Source: a virus
DNA: 64,000 nt
Direction: 5' to 3' (one strand)
IMG/VR virus record: IMGVR_UViG_3300022934_000004
Positions 28,753 to 38,274 of the stretch are shown here, one piece after another (within the stretch, counting starts at the first letter, position 1; each line of letters opens with the position of its first letter). The translations under genes were made by a program, and so were the position numbers. The notes beneath the pieces were generated by a model. It was not told the DNA's origin. It saw nothing but the letters and a program-made list of their open reading frames with translations, and did not search any database.

Positions 28753-28959
28753 ATGATGACACATAGTGTAGAAGATTTTTATAATAAAATTAAAGTTATG
28801 CATGATAAAGGTATTGAACTCCACCGCGAACGATATAGAGTTCAAGGATGGTATGATAAAGCACGATGTCAATATATGGTAGACGATATTAAAGCTTTAG
28901 CACGAGATATTGAACACGGGCTTATTGACTTAAATATTGACTTTGGAAAAAAAACGTAA
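28753..28959 (+). CDS. Hypothetical protein
   Basis: ORF ends within promoter module. Confidence 0.5.
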   Translation: MMTHSVEDFYNKIKVMHDKGIELHRERYRVQGWYDKARCQYMVDDIKALARDIEHGLIDLNIDFGKKT

Positions 28960-29016
28960 GTAGTTGATTTCTAAAGAAACAAAAAGGTGTACAATCGGTT
29001 TAAACTATGGTAGATT
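28957..29016 (+). promoter_or_regulatory. Early promoter with IHF-consensus box
   Basis: TAAGTAGTTGATT at 28957; TGTACA(28988)-17-TAGATT. Confidence 0.8.
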
Positions 29017-29046
29017 AGTACTATAAGGTAAACAAAGGAAAATCAA

Positions 29047-29277
29047 ATGTCAAGAATTACACATCTTCCAAACGGTTCAATGATTAAAGCTGACGTAGTT
29101 GCAAGCTTCGACAAAGCAATTCGCGATGACTTTAACCTTCGCCCTGGTTTTGGTTCAACAGATTTTTGGAATTTTGTTGAGTCTGATATGTATATGGACT
29201 TATCTGGCATTTATGCTTCATCTTATATTGATGAATGCTTTGAAACTTTAGCCGATCTTGAAATGGAGACAGTATAA
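29047..29277 (+). CDS. Small early hypothetical protein
   Basis: AAGGA RBS; FWNFVESD. Confidence 0.65.
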   Translation: MSRITHLPNGSMIKADVVASFDKAIRDDFNLRPGFGSTDFWNFVESDMYMDLSGIYASSYIDECFETLADLEMETV

Positions 29278-29678
29278 TGGAATTCACTTACTCAGACGAT
29301 TGCTTCTCAGACCTTCATAAAGATGTTTATGGGTTTCGTCCTCGTGGTATTATAATGGACGATTGGAATGATCGTACTCCTCGCCAAAAACAAGAGCTAT
29401 GGAATGCTCTTTGTGACCAGCTTGAGGAGAATACTGCTCGTGAAAAAAAGATGGAAGCAATGAAAGTTGATGAATTCAAAGAGCGTATTCATCAAGCTCA
29501 AACCTGGGGTGCCAGAGATTATTGGGACGCTCTTCGCTGGATCACCGGCTGTGAAACTTTTTATCACATTCAAGACGTTGAACACTATGTGTGGGAGCAA
29601 GGTATCTTGTTTACACAGTATGGTAAACAGCTTGTCGAAGATCTTGCCAAAGTGGTAGAATATAAAGAGTTTGCATAA
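29277..29678 (+). CDS. Early hypothetical protein
   Basis: SDLHKDVYGFRPR motif familiar from phage early genes. Confidence 0.7.
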   Translation: MEFTYSDDCFSDLHKDVYGFRPRGIIMDDWNDRTPRQKQELWNALCDQLEENTAREKKMEAMKVDEFKERIHQAQTWGARDYWDALRWITGCETFYHIQDVEHYVWEQGILFTQYGKQLVEDLAKVVEYKEFA

Positions 29679-29881
29679 TGCATTGGGTCCTAGTATACAT
29701 CGTAATTTCTGGTCATTCAATTTATGCTGTTAATGCTATGGGCCCAAAAACTTATTTTGCAACTATTAATGATTGCTTTTTTGCTCGAGAAAGATTGTCA
29801 GTGACAGTAGGTGGAGATGTAGAAGGTTACTTTCCTACTAATAGTCAAGCAATTTGCGTACAAGCCTCCGTGGTGGAATAG
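29678..29881 (+). CDS. Small protein with hydrophobic N-terminus; 3' end overlaps tRNA-Leu
   Basis: TAATG coupling; two Cys. Confidence 0.55.
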   Translation: MHWVLVYIVISGHSIYAVNAMGPKTYFATINDCFFARERLSVTVGGDVEGYFPTNSQAICVQASVVE

Positions 29882-29948
29882 GTAGACACAAGAGACTTAA
29901 AATCTCTCGCCTAGAGGCGTACCGGTTCGAGTCCGGTCGGAGGTACCA
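29864..29948 (+). tRNA. tRNA-Leu(UAA)
   Basis: Cloverleaf with long variable arm; AGAGA-CTTAAAA-TCTCT; GGTTCGAGTCC; encoded CCA. Confidence 0.93.
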
Positions 29949-29950
29949 AT

Positions 29951-30027
29951 GGTCACGTAGCTCAACTGGATAGAGCAGCTGACTTCTAATCAGCAGGTTG
30001 AGGGTTCGAGTCCTTCCGTGATCGCCA
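29951..30027 (+). tRNA. tRNA-Arg(UCU)
   Basis: GCTGA-CTTCTAA-TCAGC; GGTTCGAGTCC; encoded CCA. Confidence 0.93.
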
Positions 30028-30034
30028 AAAACAA

Positions 30035-30580
30035 ATGAAAAATAATATGATTCTAACAATTAAATTTAAACGACATTTGGAAGTAAAAGACACTTTACTT
30101 GAAATGATAGCTAGTACTCCATCAGGAAATATTCTTGAAGGACAAGATAAAATTCAAAATACTGATTGGCATCACTCAGGTGGGCAGCCACAAGCATATT
30201 GGAATTTTGTAGGACCAATTATCTTTCAAGAGCTTGAACCTATTATTACTGAAAAGCTTTTACCTGATAGTTGGAGTATTAAAAATGCTTGGTTTCAACA
30301 ATATGAAACTAAAGATACTCATTCTTGGCACGTTCATCCAGGAAGTTTTTGGAATGCTGTATATTATATTGAATTACCAGAAGATGGGCCTTCTACTCAA
30401 ATGCAAATGCCTATCACACGTGAAGTAATAACACCACAAGTTACAGAAGGTGATATAATTATATTTCCTGCTGTATATCGTCATAGATCAGCACCAAATG
30501 AATCGAAGAAAAGAAAAACAATTATCTCATTTAATATCAATGCAAATGAGGTAGTATCTCGGAGTAGCGCAGGCTGGTAG
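30035..30580 (+). CDS. 2OG-Fe(II) oxygenase (TIGR02466-like)
   Basis: WFQQY; HSWHVH; VYYIEL; IFPAVYRH; KTIISFN. Confidence 0.8.
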   Translation: MKNNMILTIKFKRHLEVKDTLLEMIASTPSGNILEGQDKIQNTDWHHSGGQPQAYWNFVGPIIFQELEPIITEKLLPDSWSIKNAWFQQYETKDTHSWHVHPGSFWNAVYYIELPEDGPSTQMQMPITREVITPQVTEGDIIIFPAVYRHRSAPNESKKRKTIISFNINANEVVSRSSAGW

Positions 30581-30634
30581 CGCATTTGGTTTGGGACCAA
30601 AGGGTCGGGAGTTCAAATCTCTCCTCCGAGACCA
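30558..30634 (+). tRNA. tRNA-Pro(UGG)
   Basis: CTCGGAG/CTCCGAG acceptor; TTTGG-TTTGGGA-CCAAA; GTTCAAAT; CCA. Confidence 0.9.
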
Positions 30635-30655
30635 AATTTAACGAAAGGATATATA

Positions 30656-30772
30656 ATGGCAAAAGGCTTTACAAACGCTAAGAAAACATCAATTGGTAGA
30701 AGAAATGTAAAAACGTCTTCTATGAATAAAAGTAAAAAACGTAGTTTTAAAAAATACAGGGGACAAGGGTGA
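30656..30772 (+). CDS. Small basic protein ending KKYRGQG (not in ORF track)
   Basis: AAGGA RBS; 38 aa. Confidence 0.6.
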   Translation: MAKGFTNAKKTSIGRRNVKTSSMNKSKKRSFKKYRGQG

Positions 30773-31371
30773 ACTACTACTTATTTGGGTTACAGAGATC
30801 AGGAACAAATTTAGTCCACAATTTAATTAAAGATAATTATGGATTGGAACCAGCAAATTCTGGACATGAAGAGTGGAAACACTCTATGAAACCTGATTTA
30901 AAAAATGATTATCCAATTTTTAAAGTAATCAAAAATCCATACACTTGGGTTGAATCTATAGTTTATAGAGAACGTGCAGATTTTTATGAAAAACATGATT
31001 ATGATTTTTTCCAACCAGGACCATTTATGGTGGAAGATGTTAATTTAAATATGTTGATGTACGTTTATAAAACTTGGTATGATCAATGGAAAGATAAAGG
31101 CATACTCATTAAATATGAGGATATTTTATATCCAGAACAACAAAGAGAATATTTTGCAAAACACTTTGGAGATTTAGGTGATTGGAAAACAGTTGCACCT
31201 GGATCTATGTTTATGTGTGAAGATTTTAAAGAAGAGCACTTAGAATATTATGAAAAGCAAAGACCAACGAAACTAACTGGTATGCATGTGAAAATAATTA
31301 ATAAAGTGATGACTAAATATTTCTTTATTGAAACTGGATTTAAAATGTTAAGAGTAAAAGGATTAATCTAA
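30769..31371 (+). CDS. Sulfotransferase-like protein
   Basis: FGLQRSGTN; KNPYTWVES; IKYED. Confidence 0.7.
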   Translation: MNYYLFGLQRSGTNLVHNLIKDNYGLEPANSGHEEWKHSMKPDLKNDYPIFKVIKNPYTWVESIVYRERADFYEKHDYDFFQPGPFMVEDVNLNMLMYVYKTWYDQWKDKGILIKYEDILYPEQQREYFAKHFGDLGDWKTVAPGSMFMCEDFKEEHLEYYEKQRPTKLTGMHVKIINKVMTKYFFIETGFKMLRVKGLI

Positions 31372-31866
31372 AACCATAAATCTGCGAAATCCAATTGCAG
31401 TAGATAAAGGTCTTTCTCCAATTGTTACTTGGTTTTTATCATTTCCACTTATAATAACAACATATTCTTTATTATCTCTTTTTCTCATTTCTAAGAAAAA
31501 CCCAACATGACCTTGCCAGTCTTCACCATCTTCTCTTGGGAAAACTATAATATCTCCTTGAGTTAAATCTTGAGGAAGAATTTGTTGGCCATATTGTAAA
31601 AAGCTTCTTGCAAGTAAAGATGTTTCAGGATCAATAATTTCAGTACCCCAATATCCTGATTGTTGTAAAACTGAATTCATAAATGCTGCACACCAAGGTG
31701 TAACAAATGGATCGACATTAAGAAATTTTTTTAGTTCTTTTCTATGCGTTTTTTCATTATATCCAATATACATATAACTATTCGAAATAAAAGGATGAAC
31801 GTAATCAGCCGCGGCTGAAGTACTTAGTGCTAGTGCACCTACTGTAAAAAAAGTAATTTTTTTCAT
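31363..31866 (-). CDS. TIGR02594/CHAP-like cysteine peptidase with signal peptide
   Basis: TPWCAAF; ARSF; GHVGFF; SGN; N-terminal ALSTSAAA signal. Confidence 0.8.
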   Translation of the reverse strand: MKKITFFTVGALALSTSAAADYVHPFISNSYMYIGYNEKTHRKELKKFLNVDPFVTPWCAAFMNSVLQQSGYWGTEIIDPETSLLARSFLQYGQQILPQDLTQGDIIVFPREDGEDWQGHVGFFLEMRKRDNKEYVVIISGNDKNQVTIGERPLSTAIGFRRFMVLD

Positions 31867-31873
31867 TTTATGG

Positions 31874-31902
31874 TGTACATTTGAATAGAACTATGGTAGT
31901 AT
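31874..31902 (+). promoter_or_regulatory. T4-type early promoter
   Basis: GTGTACA-17-TAGTAT. Confidence 0.65.
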
Positions 31903-31928
31903 ATATAAAATCTTTAAGGAGTCAGACT

Positions 31929-32399
31929 ATGAAAAAACTTATTCTCGCAATTGCATTGATTGGCATTGGTAGCACAACATTTGCTACATGCGCTCAAGCT
32001 GCAACTCGTCCAGCAAAAGTTGTGTTTGTTGAAACAGAAAGAGTTTACGAAAATGTTTATGTTGAAAAAGAAGTTTGTACACGTGAAAGAATTGAATATA
32101 CTACACCAAGCGGCGATGTTCTTGGAGGCCTAATTATTGGTGGAATCCTTGGTAAAATCATCACAGGTGATGATGGAGGTGCTGCTGTAGGTGCTGTACT
32201 TGGTGCAGGTATTGAAGGTAATAAAAGAAAACATGTAGGTCATGGGTACGAAACTAAATGTGAAATTGTAGTTGAACCTGTTAAACGTGAAATCAATATG
32301 TATGTCGTCCATTGGAAATATAAAGGAAAGCGTGGATATTTCTTTACAGAAAAGAAACACTACGTAGGCCATACTATTCACGTTGATGTAGGCCACTAA
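31929..32399 (+). CDS. Glycine-zipper 2TM exported protein
   Basis: Signal peptide; GGLIIGGILG...GAAVGAVLGA. Confidence 0.75.
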   Translation: MKKLILAIALIGIGSTTFATCAQAATRPAKVVFVETERVYENVYVEKEVCTRERIEYTTPSGDVLGGLIIGGILGKIITGDDGGAAVGAVLGAGIEGNKRKHVGHGYETKCEIVVEPVKREINMYVVHWKYKGKRGYFFTEKKHYVGHTIHVDVGH

Positions 32400-33040
32400 T
32401 GGTATTTAAATTAAGTGGTGATTTAAATAGATGGGGCATAGGAAAAATCGGGAATGGTTTAGTTCATCCAGACAAAACTAGATTTTGGTTAGATATTCCA
32501 AAAAATGCATCACAAACTACAATTCATGGATTAACTAATCGTCATAAAAATGATGGAAAATGGCAACCAATTAATTCATCAAACTTTAATGTTAATAAAA
32601 CTCACAAATATTTAATTGTTAGAGATCCGATCCAGAGATGGGTTGGATCTTCAGTAGAATTAGCATGGCATTTTCATAAACATAAATCAGAGGGAGATTT
32701 TTTTGCACAAAAAAATTTAAGAGAATGGTATGATATGCACGCACAGCCTGATCTTCACCACTTACCGCAATGGGTATGGGCAAGATATTTAGACTTATAT
32801 AATGGTACAACTTTTATTATAATGGACGATAAAGATATTAAATTAAAATTAAAAAAAGCATTTCCAGATTATGATTTTGATATAAATGTAAATTATACTG
32901 AAGATAGTGAATTTAAGAAGAAAATGAAATATCGTATTATGGATGAGTTCATGACTGATCCTATATTTGTAGATAAGTTAAAAGATTATTACGCTGAAGA
33001 CTACGATTTACTTGAACTAGCACATAAAAATCAGTTATAG
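32399..33040 (+). CDS. Sulfotransferase family 2-like
   Basis: DIPKNASQT; VRDPIQRW; H..PQ; YYAEDY. Confidence 0.7.
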   Translation: MVFKLSGDLNRWGIGKIGNGLVHPDKTRFWLDIPKNASQTTIHGLTNRHKNDGKWQPINSSNFNVNKTHKYLIVRDPIQRWVGSSVELAWHFHKHKSEGDFFAQKNLREWYDMHAQPDLHHLPQWVWARYLDLYNGTTFIIMDDKDIKLKLKKAFPDYDFDINVNYTEDSEFKKKMKYRIMDEFMTDPIFVDKLKDYYAEDYDLLELAHKNQL

Positions 33041-33140
33041 ATATAGAGGTAACATATGGTTGATAGTAACGATGAAGATCCAGAACCAATACGGTATTAT
33101 GAATGGATGCTTTGGAAATTGAGACAAGAGCGGAAAGAAA

Positions 33141-33989
33141 ATGACAAATAAAAGATATAAAGATTTCTATGACGACAATAATTTGTGGATGTGGTTAGAT
33201 ATATGTACAAACTGTAATGCAGGATGTCCCGAATGTCACAGAACAGATTGGGAAGGTGGAGGCCTAGGAAAGCAAGAATGGCTTCCTCTTGTTAGTTGGA
33301 CCTTTGCACAATTTAAAAAGGTTTATCCTCCTGAGTTTATTAAAAGAGTAAAAGAGTGGGATATTTGTGGAACGTGGGGAGACCCTGCAATGTGTAAAGA
33401 TCTATATGAAATTGCAGAATATATTATTACACATCGTCCTAATGTTAAATTAAGCATTGATACAAATGGTAGTATTAGGTCTAAAGCCTGGTGGAGAAAA
33501 CTTGGTGAATTATCTAAACTTATGCCAATAGATGAAGGTGTAAGACCTATTAGAGTTGATTGGGCAATCGAAGGCATCAATCAAGAAATGCATCAAGCGT
33601 ATCGTAGAAAAACTCACTTAAATAAAGTGCTAGGAAATATGCAAGCTTTTGTTGAAGGTGGTGGTTATGCAACAGCTATGGTGGTTGTTCATAAACATAA
33701 TCAAAACTATTTGCAAGAAATTAAAGATTTAGCAATGTCTTATGGTGCAACCGAAGCCTGGTTTACAGAATCAAATCGTTTTTATAATGGTCCTATTTTC
33801 CATTTTAAAGATGAACATGGTAATGATGCTACATTAGAACAAGCTGGTGGTGACTATTATAAACCTAATCCTGTTAGACCACCTCAAGCGGATTGGAAAA
33901 CAAGAGTAGAAAAACAAGCCTGGTTTAAAGAAGCACAAGAGGGCGTAGATGAAATAGAGGAATTTGAAGATGAAGACAACTTGTATTGA
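33141..33989 (+). CDS. Radical SAM protein (no SPASM in same ORF)
   Basis: CNAGCPEC; GTWGDP; DTNG; IEG..YR. Confidence 0.88.
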   Translation: MTNKRYKDFYDDNNLWMWLDICTNCNAGCPECHRTDWEGGGLGKQEWLPLVSWTFAQFKKVYPPEFIKRVKEWDICGTWGDPAMCKDLYEIAEYIITHRPNVKLSIDTNGSIRSKAWWRKLGELSKLMPIDEGVRPIRVDWAIEGINQEMHQAYRRKTHLNKVLGNMQAFVEGGGYATAMVVVHKHNQNYLQEIKDLAMSYGATEAWFTESNRFYNGPIFHFKDEHGNDATLEQAGGDYYKPNPVRPPQADWKTRVEKQAWFKEAQEGVDEIEEFEDEDNLY

Positions 33990-34377
33990 ATGTAGTTGGC
34001 AAAATGAAGGAAAAATTTTAATTAATCCTGATGGCCAAGTTTTTCCTTGCTGTTATCTTGCCAATAAGACATATAAAGCTGATCAGCATGGTGCAGCATT
34101 TGCTACTATGGAAGAAAAATCTGAAGAATGGGGCAATTGGTTTTGGAAAGAAAAGTCTGATGCGATTATGAGAAAATACATAGAGCATAAAGACGATTTA
34201 AACGTATTTAATAAACCAATGGAAGAAATTGTAAATCACCCTTGGTTTACAGAATGGCTGCCTGAGTCATGGGAAGAAGAAGAAACACGTAATGAAATTT
34301 GTGTTACGTTTTGTGAAGTTCCTGTAGATGAAGAAGAGAAAAAAGAATTCTTTGAAAAGTATACAAATTCATCATGA
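33970..34377 (+). CDS. Stand-alone SPASM/twitch domain
   Basis: C...INPDGQVFPCCY...C...C. Confidence 0.75.
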   Translation: MKTTCIECSWQNEGKILINPDGQVFPCCYLANKTYKADQHGAAFATMEEKSEEWGNWFWKEKSDAIMRKYIEHKDDLNVFNKPMEEIVNHPWFTEWLPESWEEEETRNEICVTFCEVPVDEEEKKEFFEKYTNSS

Positions 34378-35735
34378 CATTAATTGTTGGCATAAGTGAG
34401 GGATTTCACGATGCCGGCCATTGCGTGATTAAAAATGGAAGAATTATTAAGGCTGAGCATTCTGAAAGATTTACTCGTAAAAAAAATGATAGATGGTTAT
34501 CTGATAACTCTGCAACAGATATTTGCAGAGCAGACTTAGTTGCTTTTTATGAAAAACCTTGGCTAAAAAAGACTCGGCAGTTTTATGCTGGACAAGGCTG
34601 GAAGAAAACTCATACAAAATATGATATTTGTTTTCCTCATCATATGTCTCATGCCGCAGCTGGATTCTATACATCGACATTTGATGAATGCGATATTTTA
34701 GTAGTTGATGCCATTGGTGAATGGGATACTATTTCTATCTGGAAAGCCTGGATGGATGGCGATATACCAAAAATGAAAAAGACCAAGAGTTGGAAGTATC
34801 CATATTCTCTTGGTCTTTTTTATTCTGCGGTAACACAAAGAATTGGACTTAAACCGCAAGAAGATGAATATATTACAATGGGTATGGCAGCTTATGGTTC
34901 TCCTAAACATGTCACAGCCTTGCAACCTTATATGGAATCTAACTGCCATAAAGGTATTGGCAATGCAATTCCAGAAGCAAAAGATGAAGATCTTGCAGCC
35001 TCTGCCCAATTTTGCATTGAAAGAGAAATATTACATATAATAGACAAATATTGTTCTCATAAAAATTTAGTGTTTATGGGAGGTGTGGCTCTTAATTGTG
35101 TTTTAAATACTAAGATAGCTGAACGTGGAAAAAATATGTGGATTATGCCTAATCCTGGTGACTGTGGATCCTCTCTTGGCGCTGCAGCATTAGCATATGG
35201 TAAAAAATTAAAATGGAGGCACCCATATCTTGGTACAGACATACGAAGAGAAATCAATCCTACAGAAGTTGTTGAACATTTGCTTAAGCATTCTTATTGC
35301 GGTGTTGCAAACGGTCGTGCAGAGTTTGGCCCTCGCGCTCTTGGCAATCGTAGCTTGCTTGCTGATCCTAGACGAGATATTAAAGACACAGTTAACCAAA
35401 TTAAACGTCGACAAAAGTTTCGACCCTTTGCACCCGCAATCATGGAAGAATATGCTGACGAATATTTTGAAGGACCGATGAATGAGTATATGCAGTTTGT
35501 AGCAAAAGCTAAACATGATTATTCTTCAGTAACACATGTAGACGGTACAGCAAGAGTACAAATTGTAAGAAAGAATTGTATGTCACCACTAAGAATTATT
35601 TTAGAAGAATGGATGGATAAAACAGGTGTTCCTATGTTATTAAATACAAGTCTTAATATTAAAGGACAGCCTATGGTAGATACATGGGAACACGCGAAAC
35701 AATTCGAGGAGCATTATAATGTTAAAGTCTTCTAA
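34374..35735 (+). CDS. Carbamoyltransferase (NodU/CmcH family)
   Basis: GFHDA; HHMSHAA; DAIGE; MGMAAYG; GGVALNC; EFGPRALGNRS; RPFAP; HVDGTAR; LNTSLN. Confidence 0.93.
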   Translation: MTLIVGISEGFHDAGHCVIKNGRIIKAEHSERFTRKKNDRWLSDNSATDICRADLVAFYEKPWLKKTRQFYAGQGWKKTHTKYDICFPHHMSHAAAGFYTSTFDECDILVVDAIGEWDTISIWKAWMDGDIPKMKKTKSWKYPYSLGLFYSAVTQRIGLKPQEDEYITMGMAAYGSPKHVTALQPYMESNCHKGIGNAIPEAKDEDLAASAQFCIEREILHIIDKYCSHKNLVFMGGVALNCVLNTKIAERGKNMWIMPNPGDCGSSLGAAALAYGKKLKWRHPYLGTDIRREINPTEVVEHLLKHSYCGVANGRAEFGPRALGNRSLLADPRRDIKDTVNQIKRRQKFRPFAPAIMEEYADEYFEGPMNEYMQFVAKAKHDYSSVTHVDGTARVQIVRKNCMSPLRIILEEWMDKTGVPMLLNTSLNIKGQPMVDTWEHAKQFEEHYNVKVF

Positions 35736-36552
35736 AATATTATTTGCTTCTGGTTGTAGTTTTACACAAGAAGGTTGGACAATTACAGAAGCAAATTATA
35801 TGAAAGATTATCCAACAGGACCACATCCAATGTGGCCTGAAATCTTAGGAAATAAAATGAATTTAAAGGTTGTCAATCACGGTCGTGGTGGGCATGGTAA
35901 TGATTACATTATGCAAGACAGCATAAAATTTATTCTTGACAATTATAAGAATATAGAATTAGTTTGTATTCAATGGTCACAATTAACTAGAATGTGGGTT
36001 TATGATATGAATTATTTTAATCCTTCAGTCTGGTTAAATGAAGAATATCGTAAATATGGAAGACCTGAATGGGAAGAAGATGATTTTAATGGCTTTCCAA
36101 ATATTTTTGGTGATAGATTTAAAGCTTCTACAAAATTAATGAAATTTGTTATAAGAGATCCGTATACTGTTGTAGATTTATTTAAAAAGTATCTTAGAGA
36201 AATATACACACTTCAAAAATTATGTGAAGAATTAAATGTGAAATATATTATGGGTCAAGGGTTTACTTCTCATCAGTTAGATCAATGGAAATTAGTTAAT
36301 CCTGATTTGGATTGGAAAGAAGTTTTAAGTTGCTTAGTTGGACAACCAGAGTTTCATTTAATTAATAAGAAAACATTTATGGGTTGGCCTTGTCTTCCTG
36401 AGCTTGGTGGTATAACAATGACAGATCATCATCCAGAATTTTCGCCTATTCCAAAAAATAGAATAAATCCTATAGATCCACATCCAAGCGCTTATGGCCA
36501 AAAACTTTTAGCTGAGCAATTTCATAGCAAATATGTAGAGTTATACGGATGA
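35719..36552 (+). CDS. SGNH/GDSL-like protein
   Basis: GCSFT; WP; N.G..G.GN; QWS..R; DPHP. Confidence 0.65.
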   Translation: MLKSSKILFASGCSFTQEGWTITEANYMKDYPTGPHPMWPEILGNKMNLKVVNHGRGGHGNDYIMQDSIKFILDNYKNIELVCIQWSQLTRMWVYDMNYFNPSVWLNEEYRKYGRPEWEEDDFNGFPNIFGDRFKASTKLMKFVIRDPYTVVDLFKKYLREIYTLQKLCEELNVKYIMGQGFTSHQLDQWKLVNPDLDWKEVLSCLVGQPEFHLINKKTFMGWPCLPELGGITMTDHHPEFSPIPKNRINPIDPHPSAYGQKLLAEQFHSKYVELYG

Positions 36553-37499
36553 CTTATGTTTTATTTAGTGGTTGTAGTTTCACCGCAGAATCATATTACT
36601 GGCACCAATTTATAAGAACGCCTGAAGAAAATTTATTACATGATTATCACAGAGGTTTAAACCTCTTTCCAGCCTGGCCTGAAATTTTAACAAATCAGCT
36701 TAATAAAAAGACAGGCAGTAATCATGAATGTGTTAATGTTGCTGTGTCTGGAGATAGCAATCAACAAGCTATTAGAAATATATTTACTTATCTTGAAACT
36801 CATGAAAAACCAGAAGCAATAGTCATAGGTCTTACTGAATGGACAAGATTTGTAGATTATTATGGTAATGCTATAACTTGTTCGCTTGTTAGCCATTTAA
36901 GTCAACGAGGATTTTATGATGATCCAGAATCATTTGATGAGCTTGAAGAAATTATCATTGACTATCAACAATCAAGATATCAAGGGCATAAACTAAAATC
37001 CGCCACTGCGTCTACTATTTTTGGATTTATGGAAGGAAAGCAAGCAAGAAAATACTATCGAGGAGCAATAGAACTGAATTTAGATTATTTAGAATATTTA
37101 ATTCTTTATTGCCGTGTAAATGAAATAAAACTTCTTCTTTGTCAAGTTCTATCTCCTTGGTGGGGTGGTAGTCTAAATCCAGAAGATTATGAAGAATCCA
37201 AAAAGCACATAGGTTATGAGTGTAATAACTTAAAAAATAGAATAAATACTATTGAAAGTTATTTTGATGCAAACTGTAAATTTCATACTGAAAAGGAAAT
37301 AGGATTAGAAAATTCATTAAGATGGAATTCGAATTGTCTGACTAGGAAATGGAAACACTGTCATTCTTTTCATTGTTCTAATGTTGTGATCCCATCTACT
37401 GGTAAACCTGATCCTGGAGATCAACACCCAAATAAAGAAGGACATGAGTATATTGCGAGCCTTATATTTAAAGATTTTAATGCATTATTCAATCATTAA
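36549..37499 (+). CDS. SGNH/GDSL-like protein (paralogue)
   Basis: GCSFT; AWP; NVAVSGDSN; DQHPN..GH. Confidence 0.65.
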   Translation: MTYVLFSGCSFTAESYYWHQFIRTPEENLLHDYHRGLNLFPAWPEILTNQLNKKTGSNHECVNVAVSGDSNQQAIRNIFTYLETHEKPEAIVIGLTEWTRFVDYYGNAITCSLVSHLSQRGFYDDPESFDELEEIIIDYQQSRYQGHKLKSATASTIFGFMEGKQARKYYRGAIELNLDYLEYLILYCRVNEIKLLLCQVLSPWWGGSLNPEDYEESKKHIGYECNNLKNRINTIESYFDANCKFHTEKEIGLENSLRWNSNCLTRKWKHCHSFHCSNVVIPSTGKPDPGDQHPNKEGHEYIASLIFKDFNALFNH

Positions 37500-37579
37500 A
37501 TACAAAATTAGAATGAAATTTTTCAAGCCGAAACACGAAGAAAAAACTCACGTGTTTATTTACGAACAGGACGAGTAAA

Positions 37580-37843
37580 ATGGAAGACATATTTGATTTT
37601 GGTTTCACCGCTGTTGATGAAACAGAATTAGAAGCAGTTCAAAAAGCAACAACAGCTGCTACAGAAACTGCAGCTACTGCCACATCTTATCAAGATAGAC
37701 TTGATAAATTATACAATGCTGTTACACCTCTTCTTAATAACCTAAAAAAGAATCCAGAAAAAGAATACATTTTATGGCCGAATCGGTTAGCAAAAGTAGA
37801 AGAATTTGAGACACATTTGCAAAAAATTTATAGCGGCAGCTGA
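37580..37843 (+). CDS. Conserved phage hypothetical
   Basis: FDFGFTAVDE..EL; PLL.NL..NP.KEYI.WPNR. Confidence 0.7.
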   Translation: MEDIFDFGFTAVDETELEAVQKATTAATETAATATSYQDRLDKLYNAVTPLLNNLKKNPEKEYILWPNRLAKVEEFETHLQKIYSGS

Positions 37844-37853
37844 AAAAAAAACG

Positions 37854-37923
37854 TAAGCGATTGATTTCTATCAGTTTTTAATTGCACTTTTTCCTTTACA
37901 TTACTGTGAAAATAGTGTAGATT
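37854..37923 (+). promoter_or_regulatory. Early promoter with IHF-consensus box
   Basis: TAAGCGATTGATT at 37854; TTTACA(37895)-17-TAGATT. Confidence 0.8.
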
Positions 37924-37956
37924 AGTTATATAAGGTAAAAAAAACTGGAGAAAAAA

Positions 37957-38274
37957 ATGCAAATCTTAGTTCAACATCAAGAATTCGACAACGATACTGG
38001 CGAAGTGATTGGTTTCACTGACGTTGCTAAAGTTGATGTCACTGATTTCATTAACCACGGTGTTAATGAACAGCTTGAATATGCATGGCGTTATACAAAT
38101 AACGTAATGGGTAGCTGGTCTAAAAAAATTGGCGGTGACGCAAATGACGATGTTGAAGTTTTGGTTGAGCGTGAAGATGGTTTAGGTCTTCGTTCTTCAA
38201 TGATGGGTGATCGTATGATCGTTGATGGTGTAACTTACAAAGTTGCAATCGCTGGTTTTAAGGAGGTAGCGTAA
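37957..38274 (+). CDS. Early hypothetical protein
   Basis: GGAG RBS; LRSSMMGD...VAIAGF motif. Confidence 0.7.
   Translation: MQILVQHQEFDNDTGEVIGFTDVAKVDVTDFINHGVNEQLEYAWRYTNNVMGSWSKKIGGDANDDVEVLVEREDGLGLRSSMMGDRMIVDGVTYKVAIAGFKEVA

Noticed and set aside
29838-30059. Minus-strand 73-aa ORF
   Set aside because: It is the antisense of tRNA-Leu and tRNA-Arg
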